DNA from: an uncultured Spirochaetota bacterium
GTDB taxonomy: Bacteria > Spirochaetota > Spirochaetia > SZUA-6 > CAVTHK01
Direction of reading: 5' to 3'
DNA length: 64,000 bases
NCBI GenBank assembly: GCA_963734495.1
Contig: CAVTHK010000001.1
Coordinates: 512,001-576,000 of the forward strand
Shown here: one piece after another, positions 20,034 to 29,111 of the stretch
Layout: every line of letters starts with the position of its first letter
Numbering within the stretch: the stretch's first letter is position 1
Notes under the pieces: model-generated
Told to the model about the DNA's origin: nothing
Seen by the model: the letters and a program-made list of their open reading frames with translations, nothing else
Database searches by the model: none
Made by a program: the position numbers and the translations under genes

Positions 20034-20714
20034 TCACAGGCGGAAGCGCTCGTTCCGTTGCTTCAGGAGCCACTCGTACAGCTTCGGGTTGGCGTACGTC
20101 TTCGTCCACGAGTCGTGCGCCGCCTTCGGGTACACGGTGAACCTGACTCCGCTGCCGGCCTCGCGCAGGGCATCGACCAGCACCCGGGATTCGCGAATCG
20201 GAACCGTCCTGTCCTGAGCGCCGTGAAAGACCCAGATCGGCAGGTCCGCGAGCAACTTGACGCGCTCGGGGAAGCCCAGGGCGGGCGTCGCACGTCCGCA
20301 GACGGGGACGGCGGCGGCAAAGGCCCGCGGGTGCTCCGCGGCGAGGTGCCACGTCCCGGCCCCGCCCATGCTCAGCCCCGTGAGGTAGATGCGGCTGGTG
20401 TCGATCGCGTAGAGCGCGATCACTTCCTTGAGCAGAGCGCCGAGCGCTTCCATCTGGAAGATCCAGGCCGACCCGAGCGGACACTGCGGCGCCACGAGCA
20501 CGAAGGGGAAGTCGCGCCCCGCTTCCGCCAGCTTCGGCGGGCCGTGCTTCGCCACCAGCGACAGGTCGGCCCCCCGCTCGCCCATGCCGTGGAGGAACAC
20601 CATCAGCGGCCGTCCGCCGCGTGCCGTCCTCCGGGCCTTCGGCAGGTACACCAGGTAGTCGAGCTCGACCCGCTTGCGGACCGTAGCCTTGAATCGCGCT
20701 TGCGTCCCTCTCAC
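20034..20714 (-). CDS. Alpha/beta-hydrolase (phospholipase/carboxylesterase or predicted peptidase)
   Basis: VFLHGMGERG, TGLSMGG, WVFHGAQD, HDSW; GTG start after AGGAGG. Confidence 0.88.
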   Translation of the reverse strand: MRGTQARFKATVRKRVELDYLVYLPKARRTARGGRPLMVFLHGMGERGADLSLVAKHGPPKLAEAGRDFPFVLVAPQCPLGSAWIFQMEALGALLKEVIALYAIDTSRIYLTGLSMGGAGTWHLAAEHPRAFAAAVPVCGRATPALGFPERVKLLADLPIWVFHGAQDRTVPIRESRVLVDALREAGSGVRFTVYPKAAHDSWTKTYANPKLYEWLLKQRNERFRL

Positions 20715-20724
20715 CGCCTGCCTC

Positions 20725-21162
20725 CTATGCGGATGCTCGCGGCGTTCTGCCGCGAAACAGGACCCGAACCCCGAGAGCGAGGCTCGCGACCGCGTTGGCA
20801 AGCAGCCACAGTCGGTCGTCGAGCGACGTGCCGTCGATGAGCGAACCGACGAACGGAAACTTGACCGGATGCGACTGAAAGGCGTCCAGGAAAAGGTGAA
20901 CAGTGAAGGCTGCCGCCCCGCCCGCCGCGACTCCCGCCGCCAGCGACGCGAGCCAGCGCGGGCGCCAGCGGCCGCGCGCGGCCCAGCACAGCAGCAGCGG
21001 CACGAGCGCCGAGTGAAACGCGAAGTAGCGGTGGTAGCCCGGCCCGAGCACGGCGATGTCGCGGTCCGGGAAGTCGCGAAGGACGAGCATCCCGATCCCG
21101 GCGCCGACGAGCGTCACAACCCACAGCGCGGGCGACCTGAGGGTCACGACTGGGTGCCTCAT
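20725..21162 (-). CDS. Hypothetical membrane protein (metal-dependent hydrolase-like D/H motifs)
   Basis: MRHPVVTL...FPDRD...HRYFAFHS...VHLFLD; ATG overlaps the upstream stop codon. Confidence 0.6.
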   Translation of the reverse strand: MRHPVVTLRSPALWVVTLVGAGIGMLVLRDFPDRDIAVLGPGYHRYFAFHSALVPLLLCWAARGRWRPRWLASLAAGVAAGGAAAFTVHLFLDAFQSHPVKFPFVGSLIDGTSLDDRLWLLANAVASLALGVRVLFRGRTPRASA

Positions 21163-21695
21163 CGGTTCCCCTTCGCGACCCAGTCGACGGCGACTCCCGC
21201 CGCGTTCCGCAGCCGGTCCACCAGCTGCCCCGTGTGATGCTCCAGGTGCCGGAGGTTGTAGAGGTGCAGCTCCAGCTTGCTCAGCTTTAGCCAGAAGAAG
21301 CCGGAGGGGGCTTCGAGGTCGGCCGCGTCCACGCTGCGATCGAGCCCGGGCCCGAGCTCCTCGACGTAGGCGAGCAGCTCCTCTCTGGTGTAGGGCGTGC
21401 GCGGCCCCGGCAGGGTGTGCGGCGGCCACGGCGTCGACTCCTGGAACTGGTAGTCCTTCCGGTGCTTCGACCACGCCTTGAAAGACTTCTCGTCGGGCGA
21501 GGAGTACAGGTGCGTGTAGAAGAGCGCGTGGTAGGCGACGTGCCAGAAGGGGAACCTGAACTGCGGGTCGGTCCACAAGCCGTCGGGGCACTCGCGGATG
21601 GCGGCGGCGAGCTGCGACAGCGCCGCGTGGTACTGGCCCTTGATCGCGCCGCAGATCGCGCCGCAGATCGCGCTCGCTCCCTCGCCCGTCTCCAT
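21159..21695 (-). CDS. DinB/YfiT family protein
   Basis: FWHVAYHALFY and NLRHLEHHTGQL histidine motifs. Confidence 0.8.
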   Translation of the reverse strand: METGEGASAICGAICGAIKGQYHAALSQLAAAIRECPDGLWTDPQFRFPFWHVAYHALFYTHLYSSPDEKSFKAWSKHRKDYQFQESTPWPPHTLPGPRTPYTREELLAYVEELGPGLDRSVDAADLEAPSGFFWLKLSKLELHLYNLRHLEHHTGQLVDRLRNAAGVAVDWVAKGNR

Positions 21696-21817
21696 GCCCC
21701 GCCCGGCCGGCCTGCACGGTGCCGCCCGCCGCCTTAGGAGATTAGGCCAACACGGGCCGTGGCGCAAGGCGCGCGCGTGCTGGAGCCGCCGCCCGACCGG
21801 GGGTAGACTCGCCCCCG

Positions 21818-22189
21818 ATGCAGGAGCTCCCGATCGGCGAGAGCGCGACTACCGACGGAGCCGGAGCGACACTGGTTCTGCCGCTACTGCGGCACGATCA
21901 TCACCTCCGACGCGCGAGCGCATCGAGCGCGACGGGGAGTTCAGGCACACGTTCGCCAACCCGGGCGGCTACGTCTTCGGAATCGGCTGCTTCGCGGACG
22001 CGCCGGGGTGCGTGGAGGCAGGCGACTACACCGCGCGAGCACACGTGGTTCGCGGGCTTCGAGTGGTGCTACGCCTTCTGCAGCGGATGCACGAGCCACC
22101 TCGGGTGGCGCTACCGCGGCGGCGAGGAGCGCGAGGAAGACGCCTTCTACGGCCTGATCCTCGACCGGCTCATCGCGCCGGACGCTTGA
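21818..22189 (+). CDS. Cereblon-family (CULT/thalidomide-binding domain) Zn protein, compensating frameshifts
   Basis: Joined frames give CRYCG...HTFANPGGYVFGIGCF...EHTWFAGFEWCYAFCSGCTSHLGWRY. Confidence 0.85.
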   Translation: MQELPIGESATTDGAGATLVLPLLRHDHHLRRASASSATGSSGTRSPTRAATSSESAASRTRRGAWRQATTPREHTWFAGFEWCYAFCSGCTSHLGWRYRGGEEREEDAFYGLILDRLIAPDA

Positions 22190-22776
22190 GCGAGGCGGCC
22201 GTGCCGGGGCCCAGCGCGGCGTCGCGCACCTGCGCCTCGAGAGCCTCGAGCGTGCGCCTCGTTGACGATCATCACGTCGGCCATGGCGATGGGTCCGCCC
22301 TTCTCTATGCCTTCGATCTCGGCGTAGTCGCGCCGGCGCGCCTCGTCGGGGCGCAGGCGCCGGAGCGTGCGCGCGGGATCCGCTTCGGCTTCGGCCCGCT
22401 CGGCCAGGCGCGCATAGCGGATCGCAGGCGAAGCGTGGATCGCGATCACGGCGAACGTTTCGGGAAAGCGCTCCTTGAGGATCTTGTACTCGCTCCACGA
22501 GTACAGGCCGTCGATCACGACCGGGCCCGCGAGCCAGCTCCCGCTCGATGTCCGGCAGCAGCAGCCTCGGCGTACGCGCCCATGCCGTGCTCGCGCCGCA
22601 GCGCCTCGCGCATGCGCTTCTCGTTGTCCGGGGTGACCTCCCAGCCGTGCCTCGACGAGCCGGTCGATCGTGAGCTTGCCGAAGCGGATGTAGCCCCAGC
22701 CCTCGCGGCGCAGCACCTCGCAGGCGGCCGACTTGCCCGAGCCGGTCATGCCGACGACGGCGACGAGGCGGTTCAC
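22170..22776 (-). CDS. P-loop nucleotide kinase, archaeal UPF0200/dephospho-CoA-kinase-like, frameshifted
   Basis: VAVVGMTGSGKS, VIDGLYSWSEY, RRRDYAEIEGIEKGGPIAMAD; GTG overlaps the argA stop. Confidence 0.75.
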
Positions 22777-24130
22777 GAGCCGGCCCTCTCGGGGCCGGCC
22801 TCGGAGAGCCGGAAGACGAGCACGCGGGAGCCGCGCTTGCGGTCGTAGGTCCCCCGCCGCTCGGGCGGAAGGTCCTCGACGGTCCCCAGCGTAAAGCCGA
22901 GCTCGGCGAACCAGTCCCAGGTCTGCGTCGTCAGGGCGAACGCGCGGGTCAGGCCCATCTTGCGCGCCTTCTGCAGCAGGAACTGCACGACCTTGCGCCC
23001 GATGCCGAGGCTCACGTAGCTGTCGTCGACGGCGATCCCCGCGATCTCGGCCGCGTCCCCCGGAATACCGGTGCAGGGCGCCGCAGGCGTGCACGCGGCC
23101 GTCGACCTCGAACACGACGAAGTCGTCGAGCCGCTCCTCGAGCAGCTCGGCGCTGCGCTGCACGAGGATCCCCTTTTCCACCGCGGGCTGCATGATGCGC
23201 AGGACCTGCGGGATGTCCTCGAGCCTCATCGGCCGGATGCCCGGCGTGCTCGTCGGCGTAGATCATGGTGCCCGCGCCTTCGCTGGAAAAGATCTCCTTG
23301 AGCACGACGCCGTCGAGCCTCCCGTCGACGACGTGGACGCGGGGCACGCCCGACTCGCAGGCCTGGCAGGCGAGGCGCACGAGGTTGAGCGCGGCGGTCC
23401 TCGGCGCGGCCCGGGTTGAGCTCCAGGAGCTGCCGCGCCTGCTCGTGCGGTGAGCCTGCGGAAGGCAGCCGTCGCGCGCGGGCTCGATGTCGGCGGGCAG
23501 CCGGTAGTCGGCCGGCCGGGATGCCGGCCCGCGTCCACATGAAGAACAGCTTCTCGGCGAACAGCTCGCCGCGCGAGGCTGGCCGCCAGCTCGTCCGAGG
23601 AGATGTTGTACGGCCTGCCCGCCCGCGCTCCACCCGATGTTGGGGAAGATCGGGATCACGCCGTCGGCGAGCACGCTGCGCACGATGTCGCCCTTGATCC
23701 GGTCCACCAGGCCGCTCTCCTGGTAGTCCACGCCGTCGCGCACGCCGATGGCGCGCGCCCGCACCCAGTTGCCGATCACGCCGTCGACGCGGTTCTCGGC
23801 GAGCAGGGTCATGACGCGGTTGGAGACGTCAAAGGCCGCCATCTTGATAAAGGGGATCGCCTCCGCGCGTCGAGATGCGGATGCCGTTCGACGGTCTTCC
23901 ACTGGATCGCCGTACTTGGTGAGGATCTCGTCGATGCGGCTCTGGGCGCCGGGCACGATCGCGATGCGGATGCCGAGCCTGTGCAGCAGCGCGAGGTCGC
24001 TCACGAGCACCGCGAACAGCGGGTCCATGATGATCTCGGTGTCGATCTTGATGACGAAGAGCTTGCCGCGGAACTGGGAGATGTAGCCGAAGGCCTGGCG
24101 GATCAGCTCGACCTGCCCCGAGAGGGTCAT
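22773..24130 (-). CDS. argA: Amino-acid N-acetyltransferase (N-acetylglutamate synthase), multiply frameshifted
   Basis: YISQFRGKLFVIK, ARAIGVRDGVDY, EIFSSEGAGTMI, GNAT domain ACGALH...ALTTQTWDWF, NRKRGSRV-like tail. Confidence 0.88.
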
Positions 24131-24311
24131 GCCCAGAGAGTAGCCGATCCGGCGCGGGGTGACAATTGCGCGCGGAGGTTGGGTAGAGGGGAAGCCTCGG
24201 CGCGACGGCGCCGATCGCGCCCGCGGCGAAGCCGCTCGAGCAGAGCGGCTGCGTCTTCGCCGTGGAACGCGATCGACGTTTCGGTCCCCGGTCGCCGGGG
24301 CGCGCGAGGCC

Positions 24312-25108
24312 CTACAGCTGCGTGTTCTGCACTACGTCCCACTGGCCGGCGACCGTCCCGCACGGACGACCCGTCGGACGCCGTAGACGGTAGTAGGTGA
24401 TCTTCACCTTTCCGAAGCTCAAGGTGACCTCTTCGACGAAGCTTCCGCGCCGGATGTGCCGGCGGGCTTGAAGGAGCTCAGGAACACGTCCTGAAGCTCG
24501 TATCTCAGCACGAGCCGGAACCGCTTCGCTTGACTGCCGGCCGATATCCACTGTCGCCTGCTGGATATGGGTGCCGCTGGCCGTGTCGATGAACAGCGTG
24601 GGCGAGGCCTTGTCCACGACCTTCAGGATCCTGAAGTCCTGGAAGGTGGCCTTGCCCGCGCCGCCGCCGCCGCCGCCGCCGCCGCTGGAGCCGGTCTGCG
24701 TGACCCCGAAGCTGTAGCCCAGGGTATCGATCCAGTTCGGATGACCCGCGTCGGTCGATTCACCGTCGATGCCCGTCGATCTGCGTAAAGATGGCGAACC
24801 CCGCGAGCACGGGCACGTCGCTCGCCGCTGTTCCGGCGAGCCCCTCCACGTTGACCGTCACGTCGCTCGGGGTGCCGGCGGGCCCCTGAGCGCCCTGCGG
24901 CCCGGCTGGGCCCTGCGCGCCGGCCGGCCCCTGCGGACCAGGGGTGAGCTGGATGGTCTGGAGGGACTGGGAGAGGGACTGGACTTGCGCCGTGAGCCTG
25001 TCCACCTGGGCCTTCAGGCCGTTGTCAGCGTTCTGCGCCCACGCGGACGCCGGCCAGCACCATGGTGAGCACGGCCGTGAACGAAAGGAACTTGAGGTAC
25101 TTCCGCAT
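24312..25108 (-). CDS. Signal peptide + coiled coil + collagen-like repeat + Hcp (T6SS tube) domain fusion, frameshifted
   Basis: RBS AGGAGG; MRKYLKFLSFTAVLTMVLA-ASAWA/Q; 8 Gly-X-Y triplets; then IDGIDGESTDAGHPNWIDTLGYSFG...GKATFQDF..VDKASPTLF..SGTHI..EEVTLSFGKVKITY..WDV. Confidence 0.8.
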
Positions 25109-25601
25109 GACACTTTCCTCCTGGCGCGTAAGTTCGAAAGGCCGACGGCGGAAGTCAAGAAGAACCGGCTGCCGTGTCAAGGCTGCCGCGATGACGCGGG
25201 CGCGGGCGAACCGGTGACAACGCGACGCGCTGCGGGCTCGAGGTCAGGCGGTTCACAACGCGCGGCTGATGAAGAGGTTGCCGAGGTGCGAGGAGCGGAA
25301 GGCCTGGCGGATCAGCTCGGGAAGCCGCGGCGCGGCGGCGTGGGCGCCGATTGCGCCCGCGGGGAAGTCGCAGTCATCGTCGGGAAGGATGCGTGACGTC
25401 CCCGTGGTACGCAACGGAGGCACCCGGAAGGATCGAATGTCCTATATCTCTTTGTTCGCCGCCAGGTCTGAGCGTTGCTTCCTCCTCGTTATGCTCTCCG
25501 GCAACGGCGACTGTCTGTCAAAAGCCGGATCTCGGACTTGCGCGCGGAGGCGCCGGCGCGCGCGCTTGCCGGCACGCGCCCCTTGTCCCTACACTCGCGT
25601 G

Positions 25602-26401
25602 GTGGCCGTGATCTACGTCGGAACCAGCGGCTACTCGTATTCGGACTGGGTCGGCCCCGTCTACCCGGCGGGGACGCGGCAGCGCGACTTTCTGGAGCTG
25701 TACGCGCGCGAGTTCGCCATGGTGGAGCTGAACTTCTCCTTCTACTCCCGGCCCAGGGCGGAACAGCTCGCGCGCATGGCGGACAGGGCGGGCGAGCGGA
25801 TGCTCTTCAGCGTCAAGGCGCACCAGTCCCTGACGCACGAGCGGCCGGAGGATCCCGGCGCCCGAGGCGGCCGCGCTGCGCGACGCAGTAGCGCCCGCTG
25901 GCGGAGCGGTCGAGGCTCGGCGCGGTTCTCGTGCAGTTTCCCTTCAGCTTTCACTACGACGTGCCCTCGCGGCGGTACCTCGACCGCCTCTGCCGCAGCC
26001 TCGAGGGGCTGCCGGCGGCGGTCGAGTTCCGCAACCGGGAGTGGCAGCGCGAGTCGGTGCTGCAGTCGCTCGCGGAGCGCAGCGTGGCGTTCGTGAACGT
26101 GGACCAGCCCGAGCTGCCGGAGCTGCTGGAGGCGAGCGAGGCGGCTACCGCGGACCTCGGCTACCTGCGCTTCCACGGCCGCAACAAGACGAACTGGTGG
26201 ACGGGGGACAACGCGACGCGCTACGACTACCTGTACTCGGACGGCGAGCTGGAAGGGTGGGTGGACCGGGTGCGGGCGATCCTGAGGCGGGCACGGACGT
26301 TGCTGATCGCCTTCAACAATCACTTCAGAGGTCAGGCTGTCCAGAACGCGCGGATGATGAAGGGCCTGCTGGCTCGAGACGGTATCGGGCCGGTCGCCTG
26401 A
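25602..26401 (+). CDS. DUF72 domain protein (YecE-like), frameshift near 25870
   Basis: IYVGTSGYSYSDWVGPVYP, VELNFSFY, QFPFSF, VEFRN, YLRFHGRN, YDYLYS, FNNH. Confidence 0.9.
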
Positions 26402-26457
26402 CGGCCGGCTCGCGGCGACTTGTCGAAGGCGTGGATGATGAATCTGATTGTCGGGTA

Positions 26458-26486
26458 TTGATTCCCGCGAGGGGCGTTATTATATT
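26458..26486 (+). promoter_or_regulatory. Sigma-70 promoter TTGATT-N17-TATATT
   Basis: Near-consensus AT-rich hexamers with 17-nt spacing, directly upstream of the hairpin repeat array. Confidence 0.75.
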
Positions 26487-26492
26487 CCGGTC

Positions 26493-26662
26493 AGCGCACA
26501 TGCTTCTGTCGGGGCCTCCCGGGTTTTCGACCTCCTTTTCCCCGGGAACCAACCTTGACAGGGGCGGCCCCCCGGGTTTTCGACCTCCTTTTCCCTGGGG
26601 GCTTTTTTTTGCCTTGCGGCCCCCGGGGATTCGACCTCCTTTTCCCCGGGGGCTTTCATTTT
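26493..26662 (+). ncRNA. Candidate small RNA with three GC-stem hairpins carrying the conserved loop UUCGACCUCCUUU (anti-SD)
   Basis: Three repeats at 26517-26547, 26567-26602 and 26619-26653. T8 tract after hairpin 2, TTTCATTTT after hairpin 3, promoter upstream, no credible ORF. Confidence 0.65.
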
Positions 26663-26735
26663 CGCGCTGCCCGTGCCGCCCAGTGCCGCTCCCGGCCGGG
26701 TTGACATTCCGAGGGCAAAAAGCTTGACTTCTCGC

Positions 26736-27793
26736 ATGCTCTATGCGCTGGGCCAGCTGCTGGCGCCCGTCTACGGGCCGTTCCGGCTGCTGCGCTCCCA
26801 CCTGTTCCTGGCCGTGCTCGGCCTGATGGCCTGCTGGTACCTGTCCTGGAAGCTGCTGCCCCTTCTCGCCTGCCGGCTCCCGAGCGATCGCGGCAGGCAG
26901 TACGCCGTCGGCAGCGAGCACGCCAAGGGGAAGCCGACCGGCGCCGGTCTTCTCTTCGTCTCCATCTACCTGCTGGTCCTGCTTCTCGTCGTGCCGTGGG
27001 ACGCCAGCTACCTGGTGGTCATGGCGTGCATCTTCGTGGCGATGCTCTTCGGCTACTTCGACGACCGGGCGACTCACCCCTGGTCGGAGTACACCAAGGG
27101 TTTCATCGACCTCGTGCTGGCGCTGATCGCGGCCTCGGCGCTTTGGGTGTTCAAGTTCCACGAGGCGCCGGTGTGGCTGCCCCTGACAAAGAAGTTCTTC
27201 CACGTTCGGACCGGTGCCTTTCATCGCCGGCGCTTCCGCCCTGATCTGGCTCGTCGTCAACGCCGTCAACTGCACGGACGGCATCGACGGCCTGTCGGGC
27301 ACCCTGTCCGTCCTCGCGCTGCATCAGCCTGGGGGTCGTGCTGGCCTTCGTGGTCGGGCATGCGCTGTTCGCCGGATACTTCCTGGTGCCGCACTACCCC
27401 GACGGCGCGCGCTGGGCGATCATGGCGTTCGCGATGGTCGGCAGCCTCTTCGGCTATCTCTGGCACAACGCCTATCCCAGCGCGCTGCTGATGGGCGACG
27501 CGGGCTCGCGCGCCGTGGGCCTCCTCATCGGCATCCTCGTGATCGCGACGGGCAATCCCTTCGTCATCCTCACCGTCGCCACGGTGGTGCTGGTCAACGG
27601 CGGCACCGGCCTGATCAAGGTGGCGCTCCTGCGCTTCTTCCGCATCGGGATCTTCCACGACGTCCGCTTCCCGCTGCACGACCACTTCAGGGACAAGTGG
27701 GGGTGGAGCAACACGCAGGTGCTGCTGCGCTTCGCCATCGCGCAGACCCTGCTCACCATCGTCCTTCTGTCGGTCCTGGTGAAGATCAGATAA
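26736..27793 (+). CDS. mraY: Phospho-N-acetylmuramoyl-pentapeptide transferase, frameshifted at ~27200-27330
   Basis: FGYFDD, NAVNCTDGIDGL, NAYPSALLMGDAGS, PLHDHF; GKPTGAG variant of the TPTMGG loop. Confidence 0.88.
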
Positions 27794-27859
27794 TAGATTG
27801 AAGAAGTCCGCCGCCCGGCTTTCCGCACCCGGCGCCGGCGGTCCGTCTGTGAGCGCGTT

Positions 27860-29009
27860 GTGAGGAAGAACAGGCTGCAGGTCGAGCTCGAGGCCCGGCG
27901 GGCCGCGGGGCCCGTCATCGACCTGATCGACACGAGCTTCCACGCCAACGGGCTACCTGTTCCCCGCCGGGCCGCTGGCGGAGTGGCTCGCGGAATACGC
28001 GGGCAGCCGAAGCTACTCGCCGCACCCGCGCGGCTCGCCCGAAGCGCGGGCGAGCATCGCGGCGTACTATGCGGCGGCGGGCATTCGCCTCGACGCCGAG
28101 AGCATCCTCATCACCGCGTCGGCTTCGGAGAGCTACCACCTGCTGTTCAACACACTGGCAGAGCCCGGAGACAACGTGCTCCTGCCCAGGCCCGGCTACC
28201 CGCTGTTCGACTACCTCGCCTCGTTCAGCCGCCTCGAGACCCGCTCCTACCGCCTCGATCCCGATCGCGCCTGGAGCGTCGATCTGGAGTCGGTGGAGCG
28301 GGCGATCGACGGGAGGACCCGCTTCGTCGTGCTGATCTCGCCCAACAACCCCACGGGCCGGGTGGCTTCGGCTGCCGAGGTCGAGGGGCTGCTCGCGGTC
28401 TGCGCCCGGCGCGGCGTCCCCGTCGTCTGCGACGAGGTCTTCAGCGAGTTTCTCTACGATGGGGCGACTCTCGCGCGACCCGCCGCAGCCGACAGCGGCG
28501 TCCTCGTGTTCACGCTCAACGGCGTGTCCAAGATGTTCGCGTCGCCGGACCTCAAGCTGGGATGGATCGCCGTGACCGGGCCGCGGGGCCGCGCAGGCGA
28601 AGCGCTCGAGGCTCTCGAGACGGTCAACGACATCTACTTGAGCTGCTCGAGCCCGGCGCAGTTTCTCCTGCCGCGGCTGTTCGCGCACGGGGCGGCATTC
28701 CAGCGCGGGATGGTGGCGCGCGTCGATGCGGGCCGACGGCTTCTCGTCGGCCTGCTCTCGAGCCTGCCGCGCGTGCGCCTCGCGACCCCGACCGGCGGCA
28801 TCCACGCGATCCTGGACCTCGGGCCCCAGGCCACCGGCGCACCCGACGATGAGGAGCTCTGCGTCCGGCTCCTCCGCGAGCAGTCGGTCTACGTGCACCC
28901 CGGGTACTTCTACGACATCGAGGACCGGGTCGCCTTCATTTTGAGCTTCCTCAAGGAGAAGTCCCAGCTCGAAGAGGGGCTGGCGCGCCTGGCGCGATTC
29001 CTCGGCTGA
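27860..29009 (+). CDS. PLP-dependent aminotransferase class I/II (frameshift near 27960)
   Basis: PRPGYPLF, SPNNPTG, CDEVF, GVSKMFASPDLKLGW. Confidence 0.88.
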
Positions 29010-29111
29010 CCCCCGGCGGGACGCGCGCGCGCCTCAGTGACCGGACCGCGAAAGACGCATCCGCGCGGGTGAAACGCATCCGTGCGGCGCCTCCTCGCCG
29101 CTCGGCGGCTG

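Noticed and set aside
21642-21672. 12-bp tandem repeat (GATCGCGCCGCA x2.5) at the DinB N-terminus
   Set aside because: Short in-frame duplication encoding AICGAICG; no evidence of function.
24660-24685. (GCC)n microsatellite
   Set aside because: Encodes the poly-Gly loop typical of Hcp proteins.
26506-26662. Three direct repeats as a mini-CRISPR array
   Set aside because: Spacers are only ~16-20 nt, repeats are imperfect terminator-like hairpins and no cas genes are in the window.
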